Below are positions 47,868 through 59,602 of a DNA stretch of 63,470 nucleotides, piece by piece (the first letter of the stretch is position 1; every line of letters begins with the position of its first letter). The stretch spans positions 1 to 63,470 of the forward strand of contig JACVIX010000001.1 in the NCBI GenBank assembly GCA_015711725.1, read 5' to 3'. The DNA comes from Candidatus Geothermincola primus. Lineage in GTDB: Bacteria > Actinomycetota > Geothermincolia > Geothermincolales > Geothermincolaceae. The translations under genes were made by a program, and so were the position numbers. The notes beneath the pieces are model-generated. The model was not told the DNA's origin. It ran no database searches and saw only the letters and a program-made list of their open reading frames with translations.

Positions 47868-48647
47868 ATGTTCAGAGGAGAACTGAGTTTGAGCCACGGT
47901 TGGAAGTGGAGAATAAAAGAGTACGAGATTGTAGATTCCACCAATAAAGAAGCGAGGAGGTTGGTGGAAAGCGGAGAAGGTCCTGGCCTTGTGGTATGGG
48001 CTCATCAACAGACTTGTGGCAAAGGCCGGTTTGGCCGCCCTTGGTGGAGCCTTCCCGGTAAGAGTCTCCTAGCAAGCCTGGTTTTCGATGAAATAAGCGG
48101 CTTGGATGCGACCCGTCTGGTTTCAGTTGCTTCTATAGCCGCTATAGTGGGAAAAGCCGGAAGCGGGCCCAAGATAAAATGGCCAAATGACCTCGTTTAC
48201 GATAACAGGAAAGTAGCTGGGATTCTCACTGAATATGTCACCTTCAGAGGACTTCGATATGTGATCGTCGGTCTGGGTGTCAATGTAGGCTATCTTCCGG
48301 AAGAGCTGGAATCACATTCCGGCGTTTCTTCCACCTCCCTCTTGATGGAGGAGAAGAGTTTATGGGACATAAAGGAGCTTCTCCTCTCCCTGTTGGATGA
48401 GATAGACCTAAGGTTGAAGAAGAAAAGCCTGGACTGGTTTGAGGAATATAGCAGCAAGCTAGCCTATATCAATCAGGTTGTCACCGTGAAGCCACCTTAC
48501 ACTATTCTAGGAGAGAGGCATAAAAGAAAGAAAGAGATTCGCGGCGTAATGGAGGGCGTGGATGCCCAGGGTTATCTGATATTAAGATTGAATGATAGCA
48601 CATATAGGATAGCGGCGGGCGATATAGCTGCCGAGGCCGATGGTTAG
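47868..48647 (+). CDS. birA: Biotin-protein ligase without N-terminal HTH
   Basis: DSTN, QTxGKGRFGRxW, KWPND, KVAGIL. Confidence 0.88.
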   Translation: MFRGELSLSHGWKWRIKEYEIVDSTNKEARRLVESGEGPGLVVWAHQQTCGKGRFGRPWWSLPGKSLLASLVFDEISGLDATRLVSVASIAAIVGKAGSGPKIKWPNDLVYDNRKVAGILTEYVTFRGLRYVIVGLGVNVGYLPEELESHSGVSSTSLLMEEKSLWDIKELLLSLLDEIDLRLKKKSLDWFEEYSSKLAYINQVVTVKPPYTILGERHKRKKEIRGVMEGVDAQGYLILRLNDSTYRIAAGDIAAEADG

Positions 48648-48711
48648 GAAATGATGGAAGGAAATCTATAAGAATAGTAAAGGTTACGCTGAAGCGGGGT
48701 GAATTTGAGAA

Positions 48712-49308
48712 GTGACTTACATCAAGAGAGGCCAGATAGAGGAGATGAAGAAGAAATACGGGGTGCCTCGGGAGCTGAAAATGGTTCTGGAAATCACGCC
48801 CCCTGAGTTTAATATGCTCTGTGCTTCCCGGAAGAACGAACGCTCACACGATATCACTCTCTTCATTTTCAAAGACCGCGATTACCGTGAGTTCGCCGCA
48901 ATCGCCAAGCATTTCTTTCCCGTAGGGGTATACCGTGCTCCCAGCGGAGCTGCTCATCCGGGAGAAGATTTCGAGAATGGAGCCAAACGGGAAGCCCTTG
49001 AGGAGACAGGGCTGGAGATAGAGCTTGATCGTTTTATTCTAATAATCCACGCCACCTTCACCTGCGGACCTGAATTCGAGGATTGGACCAGTTATATCTT
49101 TACCGCGTTTCGAAAATCCGGCAGACTAGAGCACCGGGACAAGGAGGAGATAAGCGAGACGCGTTGGCTCACCCTGGAGGAATTGCAGAACGAGGTAAGG
49201 GAAAAATTGATGGCCACCGACATCATGCTCTTCCATTATCGTCTAGCCCTGCATGATTATTCCGTGGAGGAGATCAAGAAATTGCGCAGTGGGGAGCAGG
49301 AGAGCTAG
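48712..49308 (+). CDS. NUDIX hydrolase
   Basis: Nudix box GAAHPGEDFENGAKREALEETG. Confidence 0.85.
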   Translation: MTYIKRGQIEEMKKKYGVPRELKMVLEITPPEFNMLCASRKNERSHDITLFIFKDRDYREFAAIAKHFFPVGVYRAPSGAAHPGEDFENGAKREALEETGLEIELDRFILIIHATFTCGPEFEDWTSYIFTAFRKSGRLEHRDKEEISETRWLTLEELQNEVREKLMATDIMLFHYRLALHDYSVEEIKKLRSGEQES

Positions 49309-49641
49309 CCCCCGATGCTTTCCGTCGAAAATTCTACGTGCATGGCTAGAGCGCGCGGAAAAGATTCTTAAGGTAAAGGAAACTTTATGGAGATCGATCG
49401 AAGATAACATATTTACATAATGTTAATTTAAGTGTTTAATCCAGAAAAAAGGAAAGATACTCACGGAAATTTAACATATATTGGCGCCCAAGACCTATTC
49501 CACATTGCCAACTCCAGTGATACCCCACATTAAGGCGTTGGTTTACTCGAATGGCGGACGAACATGGCGGCTCGCTTTCCAAGAAATCGCTTTATACGAC
49601 TATGGTAATCGTGACATAGAAAAAGGGTAGAAGCGCTGGAA

Positions 49642-52197
49642 TCATTGATTGACCATTGCTTCCTGTTGAGGGCTTGTCTGCAGAGCTAGCTTAATCTTGC
49701 GAAGGGAATCATATACGGCGCGGCGCACCTTATCATTCCTGTCATTGGAATATTTAGACAGGATATCCCAACTCTCCGGTGAAGGTAAGCAGCCTAAGGC
49801 GCGAGCAGCTTCCACCCGAAGTTCCTCTTTGCTAGAGCGGTTGAAGATGATGAAGGGTTTCTTCAACATGCGCTTGATTATCGGCACAGCGGATATATCG
49901 CCTATCTGTCCCAATGCCCAAATTGCCGCCGCTTGTACCGGGATAGCGTATTTTCTCTTGTAACGCATGGAGGAAGGCGGTTTGATGATCTCTAGGAGAT
50001 CCGGAGCGGTGGAGATATCCTTGATTCTTCCTAGACCAAGACAACATTCCACCTGTACTTGTTCGTCGCGGTCCTTGAGCCCTTCTACCAAAAGCGATAC
50101 GGTCTCCGGCGTGTGAATTTTAGCGATAGCTTTGATAGTCTCTCTGCGCACTTCGGGATTCTGGTGTTTGATGAACCGACTAAGGGACTGAATGATGGAG
50201 CGATTCCCGATTTCGGCGAGTATGGATATGATATTGCGGTACATATACCAGGGATTGTACTTTTCTAGGTCGTTAATTAGAGTCTTGATGGCATCTTTGC
50301 CAATGTGTTCCAGGGCGTCAAAAGTGATTTTACGGACCAGCATGTCCTCGCTTTCCTTAAGTACCTGGATCAATGGCTGGACCGATTTATTCTCAAATTT
50401 AATCATAATATTGGCTACTTCGGTTATGGTCTCCGCGTTCCCTTCCCGTAAAACGTCCGCCAGAGTGGTCAGCACGTCCTGGGAGGCGACACTGGAGATG
50501 GACTCTAAAGCGACTTTTTGCTGTTCAGGTTTGCGCAGATGGGTGGCGCTACAATGTTGCCAGAAGGTGTCGATTATCTCAATGGCCGCTCCGTAATCCT
50601 GGTTAAGAATAAATCGCTCCGCCAATTGGGAGAGTACTTTGGATATGGCGGAATAGGTCTCGGTCAGCTCTTTTTCTTTTTCCAGACGTTGCAGAAGATG
50701 ATTCTTCATCTCATGGGCTATGGCGATTTCCTCGATCTCCTGGTCAAAACGGATAATATCCGGAAGTTTGCTCAGAGCTTGAACCGTCTTTAAACGGATT
50801 TCTGGGCTCATGTCGTTGAGATTCTCTAACAGTTTCAGGACAAGTTTTTCCGCGGTTTGGTAGTTCTTATTCCTGAACAATTTCTGGATTATGATGGGAA
50901 TGTTCTGGTCAATAGTAAGATCTTGCTCCACATCGGTGATATCCAACCCCAGGCCTTCGCTGACAATAAAACTGGACAACTGGTACACCAGGGTGCTGTC
51001 TCCGGCTCCCCCTCCTTCCCCCCGCGATTCGCTGATCTTCTTCCACATATCCGCTTGGAAGATACGATCGTTTACCCTGGATTCCCAGGGCTTTCCCACG
51101 GACGCCGCGAAGATTTCATCCACCAGGCTAGAGAGAGCTTGGGCTCGTCGTTCCTTTTCGGGGTCTTGCCCATCCTCACCTTGGCTGATTTTAAGCATAT
51201 CGTGTTCTCTCAATATATTTTCCAGAAGGTCAAGGATCTTTCCCTCGCGCAGATTTTCCAGCACCTGGCGGCGTCGCACCAGTTTCGCCAGAGTGGGAGG
51301 GGGTTCATATATGAGATATTCTTTAAGTTCCGAAGATTCCAGGAAGCCTACCGCCTTGGCGATCTCCGTCACATCCATTTCCACTAGCTCGGGCTGATCC
51401 AGTTCCTGAGTTAGCTGCGCCACTCTTTCCAAAGCGTCGATGATGGACATTAAAGCTTCTTCTGGTTCTTCTATTTCCGCGAGAATCTCCCTCAAAGCTT
51501 GCCGAAGCAGCATTCCCATCCGTGGTGGATTGGCCATGATATCTCCAAGGGCTTCCTCCCCGAGGTCCGAACGGGAGTCTTTGCCGAGCAGATATCCAAT
51601 GAATCTTTCGTCCTTGAGTTTCTCCGCGAGGCGGGCCATCTCCTCATCGCGCAATTTTAACTCTATATCTTTTTCCGTTTCTTTGACGGCTACGTCCTCG
51701 TCTTCGCTCACGGAGATGTATCTGCGTTCGTTGACCAGGATGTTCTCTACTTGCCGTTTTTTCAGCGTTTCGGTAACCCCGCCCATGGAATGCAACTTAT
51801 CCGGCTCCTCTCCCATCACTTCCAGGAAAGACCGGAACTCTTCCACGCTGACTCCATCAGAGAAGAGGATGCTGAATATGTCTCTACGGCGCAAAGAGGT
51901 GAGAAAAGCGACAACCGGGGGTCTGGCTTGGTCTCTTTCATCGAGTTTGACCCCGTTGACCAGAAGGAGATTGTTTGCCTCGCCCAAGGTAAGCTTGTTA
52001 GACATGGAGAGCAACTTGTTCAAGCGTTCATATCCTACTTCCACAGAGGTGGTGATCATGTCACTGGTCGAGGGGTACATATGGATGTTTACCAGGGCTG
52101 CGTTCAAGGCTATCAACAACTCGACGGCAGACTTGGCTAACTCGGCGTCGATGGTCTCTTCCGCTCCATCTATATTCCTGTCAATCTCATCCGCCAT
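49642..52197 (-). CDS. HEAT repeat protein
   Basis: 851 aa; repeated VRxxAxxALGxI units; PWYMYRN motif. Confidence 0.8.
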   Translation of the reverse strand: MADEIDRNIDGAEETIDAELAKSAVELLIALNAALVNIHMYPSTSDMITTSVEVGYERLNKLLSMSNKLTLGEANNLLLVNGVKLDERDQARPPVVAFLTSLRRRDIFSILFSDGVSVEEFRSFLEVMGEEPDKLHSMGGVTETLKKRQVENILVNERRYISVSEDEDVAVKETEKDIELKLRDEEMARLAEKLKDERFIGYLLGKDSRSDLGEEALGDIMANPPRMGMLLRQALREILAEIEEPEEALMSIIDALERVAQLTQELDQPELVEMDVTEIAKAVGFLESSELKEYLIYEPPPTLAKLVRRRQVLENLREGKILDLLENILREHDMLKISQGEDGQDPEKERRAQALSSLVDEIFAASVGKPWESRVNDRIFQADMWKKISESRGEGGGAGDSTLVYQLSSFIVSEGLGLDITDVEQDLTIDQNIPIIIQKLFRNKNYQTAEKLVLKLLENLNDMSPEIRLKTVQALSKLPDIIRFDQEIEEIAIAHEMKNHLLQRLEKEKELTETYSAISKVLSQLAERFILNQDYGAAIEIIDTFWQHCSATHLRKPEQQKVALESISSVASQDVLTTLADVLREGNAETITEVANIMIKFENKSVQPLIQVLKESEDMLVRKITFDALEHIGKDAIKTLINDLEKYNPWYMYRNIISILAEIGNRSIIQSLSRFIKHQNPEVRRETIKAIAKIHTPETVSLLVEGLKDRDEQVQVECCLGLGRIKDISTAPDLLEIIKPPSSMRYKRKYAIPVQAAAIWALGQIGDISAVPIIKRMLKKPFIIFNRSSKEELRVEAARALGCLPSPESWDILSKYSNDRNDKVRRAVYDSLRKIKLALQTSPQQEAMVNQ

Positions 52198-52542
52198 GCT
52201 ATCTCTCGTTCCTCATAGACTAAATGGTGTGAACTTCCAGAAATAATCTATAACGATTATCGTCAATACTCCGCCAGCATCTTTAGAAAAAATCGGCTGA
52301 CTCTCCCAACCATCACTTCTTTCATTATATTCCCTCAAGAGCGGATTATTACCTTTTTATTGGAATACACAGGGACAAGAGTGATGAATGGAAGTTTTGG
52401 GAAGCGGTTCTCAACCTTACCCGACTTGAATGGGATGGACCAACCTTAAACCGGGGAACCTCTTCTCTCTCGGATCTGTGAGCGATATGCGTCCGCAAAT
52501 CTTGGGCAAGCTCAAAAATTATGATTTCGCACATCCATTTTT

Positions 52543-53430
52543 CTATTTTGGAAGAGGCGAGCTCACCGCCGATTCCAGGCTGGAAAGCGCCGCATTAATG
52601 CTGTTTATCATGCTGTCCAGCTGCGAATCAAGCTTCGCAAAGGTGCTCGATATCACTGAATTCAACTGAGAAGCCAGCGAATTGACGTTATGGCTATTGC
52701 CCGAGTTAAGCGAGGCTATTATCTGCTGGACGATGGTATTGAGCTGGCTTGTCATTGAATTGTAGATTTCATTATAAGCTTTCATGGAGTCAGGGGCATG
52801 AATGGCTTTGACACCGGAATGTATTTTTTCCATAAGAGAGTTCAACTGTTGAGAATTTTCCCTCTGTTGTTGAGTGTTAATCACCCCTGGCAATTTAGAG
52901 ATACGGTCTACCAGTTGCTGGAGTTGATGAATCTTAGAAAACTCAGGCGCGATCTGCTTGAGATAGTCGATCTGGAGAACCGCTTGCACTAGCATCTGCT
53001 CTACGTAGTTATAATATGCTATTAACTCATCATAGAGAGCCGCATATTCTGCGGAAACATTCGAAACATCCTCCGCAGCCTCGATGACCGCGTTGGAGGC
53101 CGTCTCGACGTCATTCAAAAGATCCTCTAAGGCGGCGTCCATTTCTTCTACTTCTTGAGCATAGGTTTGAGGATCGGTTATGGCTTGTTGGGATTCTAAG
53201 TCGGCCATCTCCTTCGTCAATTCATCGACGCTATTCTTTATATCCTCATACTCCTTCAGCAGGTACTCGTTGTTGTAAGCGGTTTCTCCCGGGGTCCCTT
53301 CCTTTTTCCAGGGCTGGACCACCAATGCCACGATTAGGGCGATTACCAAGAGAATTACAGGTATCGTAAAAATCAAGATTTTAGCCCTGCTTCTGCCAAA
53401 TTCATTTTTCCACCAGCAGCTCATGTGCAT
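52543..53430 (-). CDS. Membrane-anchored coiled-coil hypothetical protein
   Basis: Single N-terminal TM helix, helical Q/N/S-rich body; ATG 53430 with SD AAGGAGG. Confidence 0.65.
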   Translation of the reverse strand: MHMSCWWKNEFGRSRAKILIFTIPVILLVIALIVALVVQPWKKEGTPGETAYNNEYLLKEYEDIKNSVDELTKEMADLESQQAITDPQTYAQEVEEMDAALEDLLNDVETASNAVIEAAEDVSNVSAEYAALYDELIAYYNYVEQMLVQAVLQIDYLKQIAPEFSKIHQLQQLVDRISKLPGVINTQQQRENSQQLNSLMEKIHSGVKAIHAPDSMKAYNEIYNSMTSQLNTIVQQIIASLNSGNSHNVNSLASQLNSVISSTFAKLDSQLDSMINSINAALSSLESAVSSPLPK

Positions 53431-53763
53431 ATCCTCCTTCTTCGATCGCTTATACATTGCCTAGCGCTCGATGGCGTACATCATCATGTCTATGCTGGCG
53501 GCGCTTAAAATCTTTCGAATAGCAATTTGTTAGACTGAATTTTACCTGAGAAGGTTCCATGGAACTGGTATATAAGCGGGACGTGGAAAGGTGACAGGTG
53601 AAATACAGAGCGAAAATCTTACGAATATTTTTATGCGTCATTAAAAGAGCCGATCGGGAATTTCTTGTAGTATGATGATAACGTAACATGTCCAATTATT
53701 TTCGCGACAACGCATCAATGCTGAGTTTTAGTTTTTCGCCTCGGAAGTTAATCAGCGTAAAGA

Positions 53764-54663
53764 CTAACCATCCAGCTGAGCTTCGAGGAAACGGGGAAGC
53801 CCCGCATAATCGAATAAGGTCTCAACATTTACATATCCTTCGCGGATTGCCTGGAATGTGATTCTTTCCAACTGATGCGCTCCGGCCTCCATGAATAACC
53901 ATCCCCTGGGTGATAGCCAAAATTTTGCGTTTTGTAAAATTTTCAAATGGAAGGAGATACCATTCTCTTTCGCCAGCAGCGCGATACGAGGCTCATGATT
54001 TTTTACTTCAGGGGGAAGTAGTTGAAATTCTTCTTCAGATACGTAAGGAGGATTGCTTAATATAAAGTCTATGCGACCCTTCAACTCCTCGGGCAATGAT
54101 TCAAAGAGGTCGCTGTGATAGAATCTCACTCGGTCCTGGAGGCCTAACCTCACCGCGTTCTTTCTGGCTACTTCCAGCGCCTGGGTAGAGATGTCCGAGG
54201 CATGCACCTGCGCTGAGGGGTTTTCATAGGCTATGGATAAGGCGATACAACCGGATCCCGTGCCCAGATCCAGGACCACTGCCTCCCTCCTTCCCAGGCT
54301 CATCTTCTCAAGTCCCCTCTCAACCAATAACTCCGTTTCGGGACGGGGTATCATCACCTGGGGATTTACCTCGAGCTCTAGATAACGGAAGCCTCGGAAG
54401 CCGGTGATGTATTGAAGCGGCTCGTGATGGAGGCGCCTTTGCAGAAGAGATTTGAAATCGTTTATTTCTTTTGTCGAGAGGGGCTTCTCGAAGTTGACAT
54501 AGAGGTTGATCCTGCTCAAACCGGTTGTCAGTGAGAGCAAAGTTTCCGCGTTGAGCCTGGGACTGATGATCTGCTCCCCTCTCAGCTTTTCTGTGGCCCA
54601 GTTGATTATGTCGATGATTCGATTGCCTGACGGCGAAGATATCTTTTTCATCATGGTCTTCAT
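53764..54663 (-). CDS. prmC: Release factor glutamine methyltransferase
   Basis: EPLQYITG, IPRPETE, DLGTGSG, NPPY. Confidence 0.93.
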   Translation of the reverse strand: MKTMMKKISSPSGNRIIDIINWATEKLRGEQIISPRLNAETLLSLTTGLSRINLYVNFEKPLSTKEINDFKSLLQRRLHHEPLQYITGFRGFRYLELEVNPQVMIPRPETELLVERGLEKMSLGRREAVVLDLGTGSGCIALSIAYENPSAQVHASDISTQALEVARKNAVRLGLQDRVRFYHSDLFESLPEELKGRIDFILSNPPYVSEEEFQLLPPEVKNHEPRIALLAKENGISFHLKILQNAKFWLSPRGWLFMEAGAHQLERITFQAIREGYVNVETLFDYAGLPRFLEAQLDG

Positions 54664-54965
54664 ATTCCATTGATCGGGGCCAAGGCCGCTCTAAAGCAGA
54701 ATGGGTAAATTGCTATAACGGGTGACATAGAAACACGAATCTCCAGATTTTCATGTTCTCCAGAACTCATGGCAACAGGCGATTTAATTAAGAAATCTTT
54801 TTCATGGCGGAGAAATAATTTTTTCTTTCTCCTCCCCTTTATCGTCAGGCTTCCGCTACCGAAAAGACATGTCCTGTATATTGGGGAGAAATATTCTTTG
54901 CTTTCTCCCCTGTTGTCATGGCGATTTCCCTGTGCAAGCGTAACGATAAACACCGGGTTTTTCAA
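54660..54965 (-). CDS. Possible 101-aa hypothetical protein between prfA and prmC
   Basis: 4-nt overlaps at both ends (TTGA with prfA, ATGA with prmC); no recognisable motif. Confidence 0.35.
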   Translation of the reverse strand: MKNPVFIVTLAQGNRHDNRGESKEYFSPIYRTCLFGSGSLTIKGRRKKKLFLRHEKDFLIKSPVAMSSGEHENLEIRVSMSPVIAIYPFCFRAALAPINGI

Positions 54966-56041
54966 GAGATAGTGAGCTCTTTTAACTTTTCAGTCCTTTC
55001 CTGGGTGGCCAACGCGTCGATGATTTCGTCAAGGTCACCTTGGAGAATATCTTCCAGACGGTAGAGGGTAAGGCCGATGCGGTGATCGGTCAGCCTTCCT
55101 TGGGGAAAATTATAGGTTCTGATGCGCTCAGAGCGATCGCCCGTCCCCACCTGAGAGCGCCTCTCGGCTGCTTGTTCTTGTTGTTGACGGTCTTGCTGCA
55201 TTTTAAGTAAGCGAGCGCGGAGTATTCTTAAAGCTTTCTCTCGATTTTGAAGTTGCGATTTTTCGTCCTGGCAGGTCACCACCAAATTGGTGGGGATATG
55301 GGTAATCCTCACTGCGGAGTCGGTGGTATTTACTGATTGTCCACCGGGACCGGTAGAACGGAAGACATCTATGCGTAGGTCGTTGGGGTTGATCTCTACG
55401 TCTATCTCCTCCGCTTCGGGAAGCACCGCCACCGTTGCGGTGGAAGTATGGATTCGCCCTCCCGATTCGGTCACGGGGATTCTTTGAACCCGGTGAACTC
55501 CGGATTCATATTTCATCTTGCTATAAGCCCCCTTGCCTTTGATGCTGAAAACAACTTCCTTGAACCCACCCAGATCGGAAGGGCTGGAGGAAAGTGGTTC
55601 CACTTTCCAGCCTTGAGAGTCGGCGTAGCGGGTATACATGCGATAAAGGTCTCCGGCGAAGAGACTGGCTTCCTCTCCCCCCGCGCCAGCCCGTATTTCC
55701 ATGATTACGTTTTTTTCATCGCGCGGATCCTTAGGAAGAAGAAGATAGCGCAACTCATCCTCTAGGCTACCCAACTTCTGCTGAGCCTGGGCGAGCTCCT
55801 CCTCCAGGAAGTTTTCCATCTCTTCCTCATGGTCTTCTTTCTGCAGTTGGCGAATCTCCTTTATTTCCTTCTCAAGGGCGCGGTATTCCTTAAATTTGCC
55901 TACTATCACACCTAACTCAGCGTGGGACCTGACCAATTCGCGGTAACGCTTCAGATCCTTTAACAACTCTGGCTGGGAGAGCTCACGATTGAGGCTCTCA
56001 TATACCCTCTCCAGTTCTTCAAGTTTAGCCCTTATATCCAT
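54962..56041 (-). CDS. prfA: Peptide chain release factor 1
   Basis: PVT anticodon motif, [15 protein letters not shown]. Confidence 0.96.
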   Translation of the reverse strand: MDIRAKLEELERVYESLNRELSQPELLKDLKRYRELVRSHAELGVIVGKFKEYRALEKEIKEIRQLQKEDHEEEMENFLEEELAQAQQKLGSLEDELRYLLLPKDPRDEKNVIMEIRAGAGGEEASLFAGDLYRMYTRYADSQGWKVEPLSSSPSDLGGFKEVVFSIKGKGAYSKMKYESGVHRVQRIPVTESGGRIHTSTATVAVLPEAEEIDVEINPNDLRIDVFRSTGPGGQSVNTTDSAVRITHIPTNLVVTCQDEKSQLQNREKALRILRARLLKMQQDRQQQEQAAERRSQVGTGDRSERIRTYNFPQGRLTDHRIGLTLYRLEDILQGDLDEIIDALATQERTEKLKELTIS

Positions 56042-56049
56042 CTCTTCCT

Positions 56050-57033
56050 CTACGATTCATTCGACCGTTTATATATTCCCCTCTCCGTATCGTGAATTAT
56101 TCCCTCCACCTTTATTAGAGAACTCAACGCGAACAAAGCCACTTCGGCCTGATCTTCTTGTGGCCTGCGAGTGGTCAATCTCTGCAGAACCAGCCCAGGC
56201 CAAGCGATTATTCTAACCGCTCGGGAATTCCGATGACGGTCCGCTAGTTTCATTATCTCATAGGAAAAACCCGCTATTAAAGGAAGGAGAATTATGCGCT
56301 CGGAGATTCTAAGCCACAGTGCGGGCCGGCCCAGAAAAGAGTAGACAAGGATTGTGATTAGGAAGACAAGAAGCAAAAGAGAGGTGCCGCAGCGCAGGTG
56401 GTCTGTCCCTTTTCTTAGAGCAAGTTGGGGTTCGAGGGGAAGTCCTTCCTCCAGAAGATGGATGGCCTGATGTTCGGCTCCATGATACTGGTAAAGTCGG
56501 CGGATGTCTTTGAGCAATGAGGTGATGAGCAGATAGAGGATAAATATGACAATACGTAAAAATCCCTCTAACAGGTTAAGATATATTACGTTAGCGTTAT
56601 TCCCCAAAACACGAGGGGCGAGGTAAGTTGGCAGTGCGATAAAAAGGGCGATAAAGATAATCAGAGCTATGAACAGGGATATGATAAATTCCACCCCCAT
56701 CCCTGAGCTTCCCTTACTTTCTCGCCATCCTCCTCCCTTTTTTCCGTAATCCGGGCTCGCCTCGCCCAGAGCAATTTGGGTGGATTGCCCCAGAGCTTTG
56801 AAGCCTAGGATCAATGTCTCCACGAGAAGTGATATCCCCCTTAAGAAAGGGTAATTCCACACCGGATGTCTAGTGGTGAATGAATCGATGGGCGAGGAAT
56901 GGCAATAGACGGAACCATCAGGGCGGCGCACAGCCATCGACCAGTGCTTTCGCGAGCGCATCATCACGCCTTCAATAACAGCTTGGCCACCGATGGAGAG
57001 GTCCTCCAACTCTTTCGCTTTGAGGTAAAGCAT
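56050..57033 (-). CDS. DUF1385 membrane protein
   Basis: [22 protein letters not shown]. Confidence 0.88.
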   Translation of the reverse strand: MLYLKAKELEDLSIGGQAVIEGVMMRSRKHWSMAVRRPDGSVYCHSSPIDSFTTRHPVWNYPFLRGISLLVETLILGFKALGQSTQIALGEASPDYGKKGGGWRESKGSSGMGVEFIISLFIALIIFIALFIALPTYLAPRVLGNNANVIYLNLLEGFLRIVIFILYLLITSLLKDIRRLYQYHGAEHQAIHLLEEGLPLEPQLALRKGTDHLRCGTSLLLLVFLITILVYSFLGRPALWLRISERIILLPLIAGFSYEIMKLADRHRNSRAVRIIAWPGLVLQRLTTRRPQEDQAEVALFALSSLIKVEGIIHDTERGIYKRSNES

Positions 57034-57053
57034 GGAATAAGAATTGGGATGGA

Positions 57054-57284
57054 CTAAGGAGTTTCCTCTGCCTTTTTCGCTTTACGCGCGGCTGCATATC
57101 TGCGCTGGAACCGTTCCACTCTTCCACCTGTGTCCACCAACTTTTGTTTCCCGGTATAGAAGGGATGACACTTGGAACAAAGCTCTACACGGAGTACAGG
57201 CTTGGTGGACCTGGTCTTGAAGGTCTCGCCGCAAGAACAGGTTACTGTGGCTTCGACATATTCTGGATGAATTCCTTTCTTCAT
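57054..57284 (-). CDS. rpmE: 50S ribosomal protein L31 (Zn-binding form)
   Basis: [23 protein letters not shown]. Confidence 0.96.
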   Translation of the reverse strand: MKKGIHPEYVEATVTCSCGETFKTRSTKPVLRVELCSKCHPFYTGKQKLVDTGGRVERFQRRYAAARKAKKAEETP

Positions 57285-57320
57285 CCCGTAACCTCCGATA
57301 ATCCTTATTACAACTTACAT

Positions 57321-57329
57321 ATTATAGCA
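57321..57329 (-). promoter_or_regulatory. Extended -10 promoter element for rpmE
   Basis: TGcTATAAT on the minus strand, about 36 nt before the rpmE start. Confidence 0.5.
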
Positions 57330-57567
57330 CCCTTATTCGGAAGAAAATCAATACCAGGTTTGCCGGGTTCCGTGAACGATCAAACGCTTTCAGCGTTGGC
57401 GAGGCGATGACCTTATCCGCGCGCGCAGATGATTAATTAAGTCACCTATTAAGGGATGAGCGAGCCACCCAGGCAGCTTTCTACGGATGGTAAGGAAGTG
57501 GTTATGAGCTTATTATCCTTGTTAGTCATAATCCTCGATCCCATTAACGAGAAAGCCGCCTCTTAGC

Positions 57568-58833
57568 TCATGATATAGGAGATTTGGATATCTCCTCAAG
57601 GAACTCGGCGTTGCTCCGGGTAGCCCTTATCTTATCGATAAGAAGTTCGATGGCCGCATTGGGATCTAGCGCATGTAATACCCTGCGTAATTTCCAAACG
57701 ATTTGCGCTTCCTCGGGTGGCATAATCAGCTCCTCTTTGCGCGTTCCCGACTTCTCTATGTCGATAGCAGGGAATATGCGCTTATCCGCAAGTTTGCGAT
57801 CGAGATGGAGCTCCATATTGCCTGTTCCTTTGAATTCCTCGAAAATGACTTCATCCATACGCGAACCGGTATCAACCAGGGCGGTAGCTATAATGGTAAC
57901 GCTTCCGCCTTCTTCGATATTTCTCGCCGTCCCGAAAAAACGCTTGGGCGGAAACAGGGCGGTGGAGTCAACGCCTCCGGATAGAATCCTCCCGCTGGTG
58001 GGGGTGGTCAAATTATAAGCCCTAGCCAGACGGGTGATACTGTCTAGTAGAATTACCACGTCCTTCTTGTGCTCCACCAACCTCTTAGTCCGTTCCAGCA
58101 CCAGCTCTGCCACCTGGATATGATTTTCCGAGGGCTGGTCGAAGGTGGAGCTTACCACCTCGCCCTTGACTGATCTTTCCATATCGGTTACTTCCTCCGG
58201 GCGCTCGTCAACCAGGAGCACAATCAGTTTTACCTCGGGATTATTGGTGGTGATGCTGTTAGCGAACTGCTTTAAGATGGTGGTCTTTCCAGCTCGTGGC
58301 GGGGAGACGATAAGTCCCCTCTGTCCCTTCCCGATGGGCGCGATGAGGTCAATAATACGGGAGGAGGTCTCGCCCACGTACGTCTCTAGGCGCAGACGCT
58401 CCACGGGATAGAGTGGCGTCAACTGCTCGAACTGTCTGCGCGTCCTGCATACCTCGGGATCATCGCCATTCACGCTCTCGATGCGCAGGAGCGCATTATA
58501 TTTCTCGCTATCTTTGGGAGCTCGCACCTGACCGGTGATCTCATCCCCACGTTTCAAGTGGAAACGTCTTATCTGGGATTGAGAAACATAGATGTCGTTC
58601 TCACTGGGAAGGTATCCATTGGTGCGTAGGAAACCGTAACCTTCCGAAAGGATATCCAATATCCCCGTTCTTATGGAGAGGCCATCTTCCTCAGCCTGGC
58701 GCTTGAGGATCAACTCGATCAGTTCGGCTTTGCGTAGACCGCTGATTCCAGTCAGCCCTTTTTCCTTGGCTAGCTCCTGAAGATCAGCCAGAAGCATGGA
58801 TTCCAACCCATTCCGATTCAAAGATTCGTTCAA
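57568..58833 (-). CDS. rho: Transcription termination factor Rho
   Basis: [33 protein letters not shown]. Confidence 0.96.
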   Translation of the reverse strand: MNESLNRNGLESMLLADLQELAKEKGLTGISGLRKAELIELILKRQAEEDGLSIRTGILDILSEGYGFLRTNGYLPSENDIYVSQSQIRRFHLKRGDEITGQVRAPKDSEKYNALLRIESVNGDDPEVCRTRRQFEQLTPLYPVERLRLETYVGETSSRIIDLIAPIGKGQRGLIVSPPRAGKTTILKQFANSITTNNPEVKLIVLLVDERPEEVTDMERSVKGEVVSSTFDQPSENHIQVAELVLERTKRLVEHKKDVVILLDSITRLARAYNLTTPTSGRILSGGVDSTALFPPKRFFGTARNIEEGGSVTIIATALVDTGSRMDEVIFEEFKGTGNMELHLDRKLADKRIFPAIDIEKSGTRKEELIMPPEEAQIVWKLRRVLHALDPNAAIELLIDKIRATRSNAEFLEEISKSPIS

Positions 58834-58899
58834 TTTTTCACCTCCTTTCCACGACGCTTTTTCGCTGCATAAAATTTACTGAGCCAATTGTCAACCTGC

Positions 58900-59571
58900 T
58901 CATTTTGTCTCCTGTTTGGTTGAAGGAAGATCCTTAATCTTTTCGTAGTCCTTGAGAAAACGCTCTATCCCTATATCGGTCAGCGGGTGCTTCACCATTT
59001 GCACCATCACCTCGTAGGGGATAGTGGCGATATGCGCGCCCGCCCTTGCTGCCTGCACCACGTGCATAGGATGCCTAAGACTAGCGGCGATTAACTGGGT
59101 AGATATATTATAAGTGTCGAAGATGTCCACGATCTCCTCCACCACAGACATTCCCCAATTACCTATGTCGTCCAATCTACCAACGAAAGGGCTGACAAAG
59201 GTGGCTCCCGCCGCTGCCGCCAGTAAAGCCTGGTTGGAGGAGAAGACCAAGGTCATATTGGTTTTGATGCCTTCTTTTGATAGAATGCTAACCGCTCGTA
59301 ATCCCTGAGGGGTCATGGGAATCTTTATATTGATATTCTCGGCTATAGAAGCTAACTCTCTAGCCTCCCGGAGCATACCCTCGGCGTCCAGGCTTAGGGC
59401 CTCCGCGCTGATGGGGCCCTTAACAATCTCCGCGATCTCCATGAGGCAGTCTCTCATGGACTTTCCCTCCCGCGCCACCAAAGAGGGATTGGTGGTTACT
59501 CCCGAAAGAATACCCCATTGATTTATCTCTCTAATGTGCTCTATATTTGCCGTGTCTAGAAAGAGCTTCAT
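58900..59571 (-). CDS. fsa: Transaldolase / fructose-6-phosphate aldolase
   Basis: [35 protein letters not shown] 59571 with SD GGAGGTG. Confidence 0.9.
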   Translation of the reverse strand: MKLFLDTANIEHIREINQWGILSGVTTNPSLVAREGKSMRDCLMEIAEIVKGPISAEALSLDAEGMLREARELASIAENINIKIPMTPQGLRAVSILSKEGIKTNMTLVFSSNQALLAAAAGATFVSPFVGRLDDIGNWGMSVVEEIVDIFDTYNISTQLIAASLRHPMHVVQAARAGAHIATIPYEVMVQMVKHPLTDIGIERFLKDYEKIKDLPSTKQETK

Positions 59572-59602
59572 GATCACCTCCTGCATTGGGAAACAAAATT
59601 CA

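Noticed and set aside
49697..52246. Several long + strand ORFs (up to 268 aa) opposite the HEAT gene
   Set aside because: Ser-rich antisense shadows, typical of the reverse frame of a real gene; the same applies to most short overlapping ORFs in the track
53450..53695. 81-aa minus-strand ORF between prmC and the coiled-coil gene
   Set aside because: No SD, atypical composition, lies in probable promoter DNA
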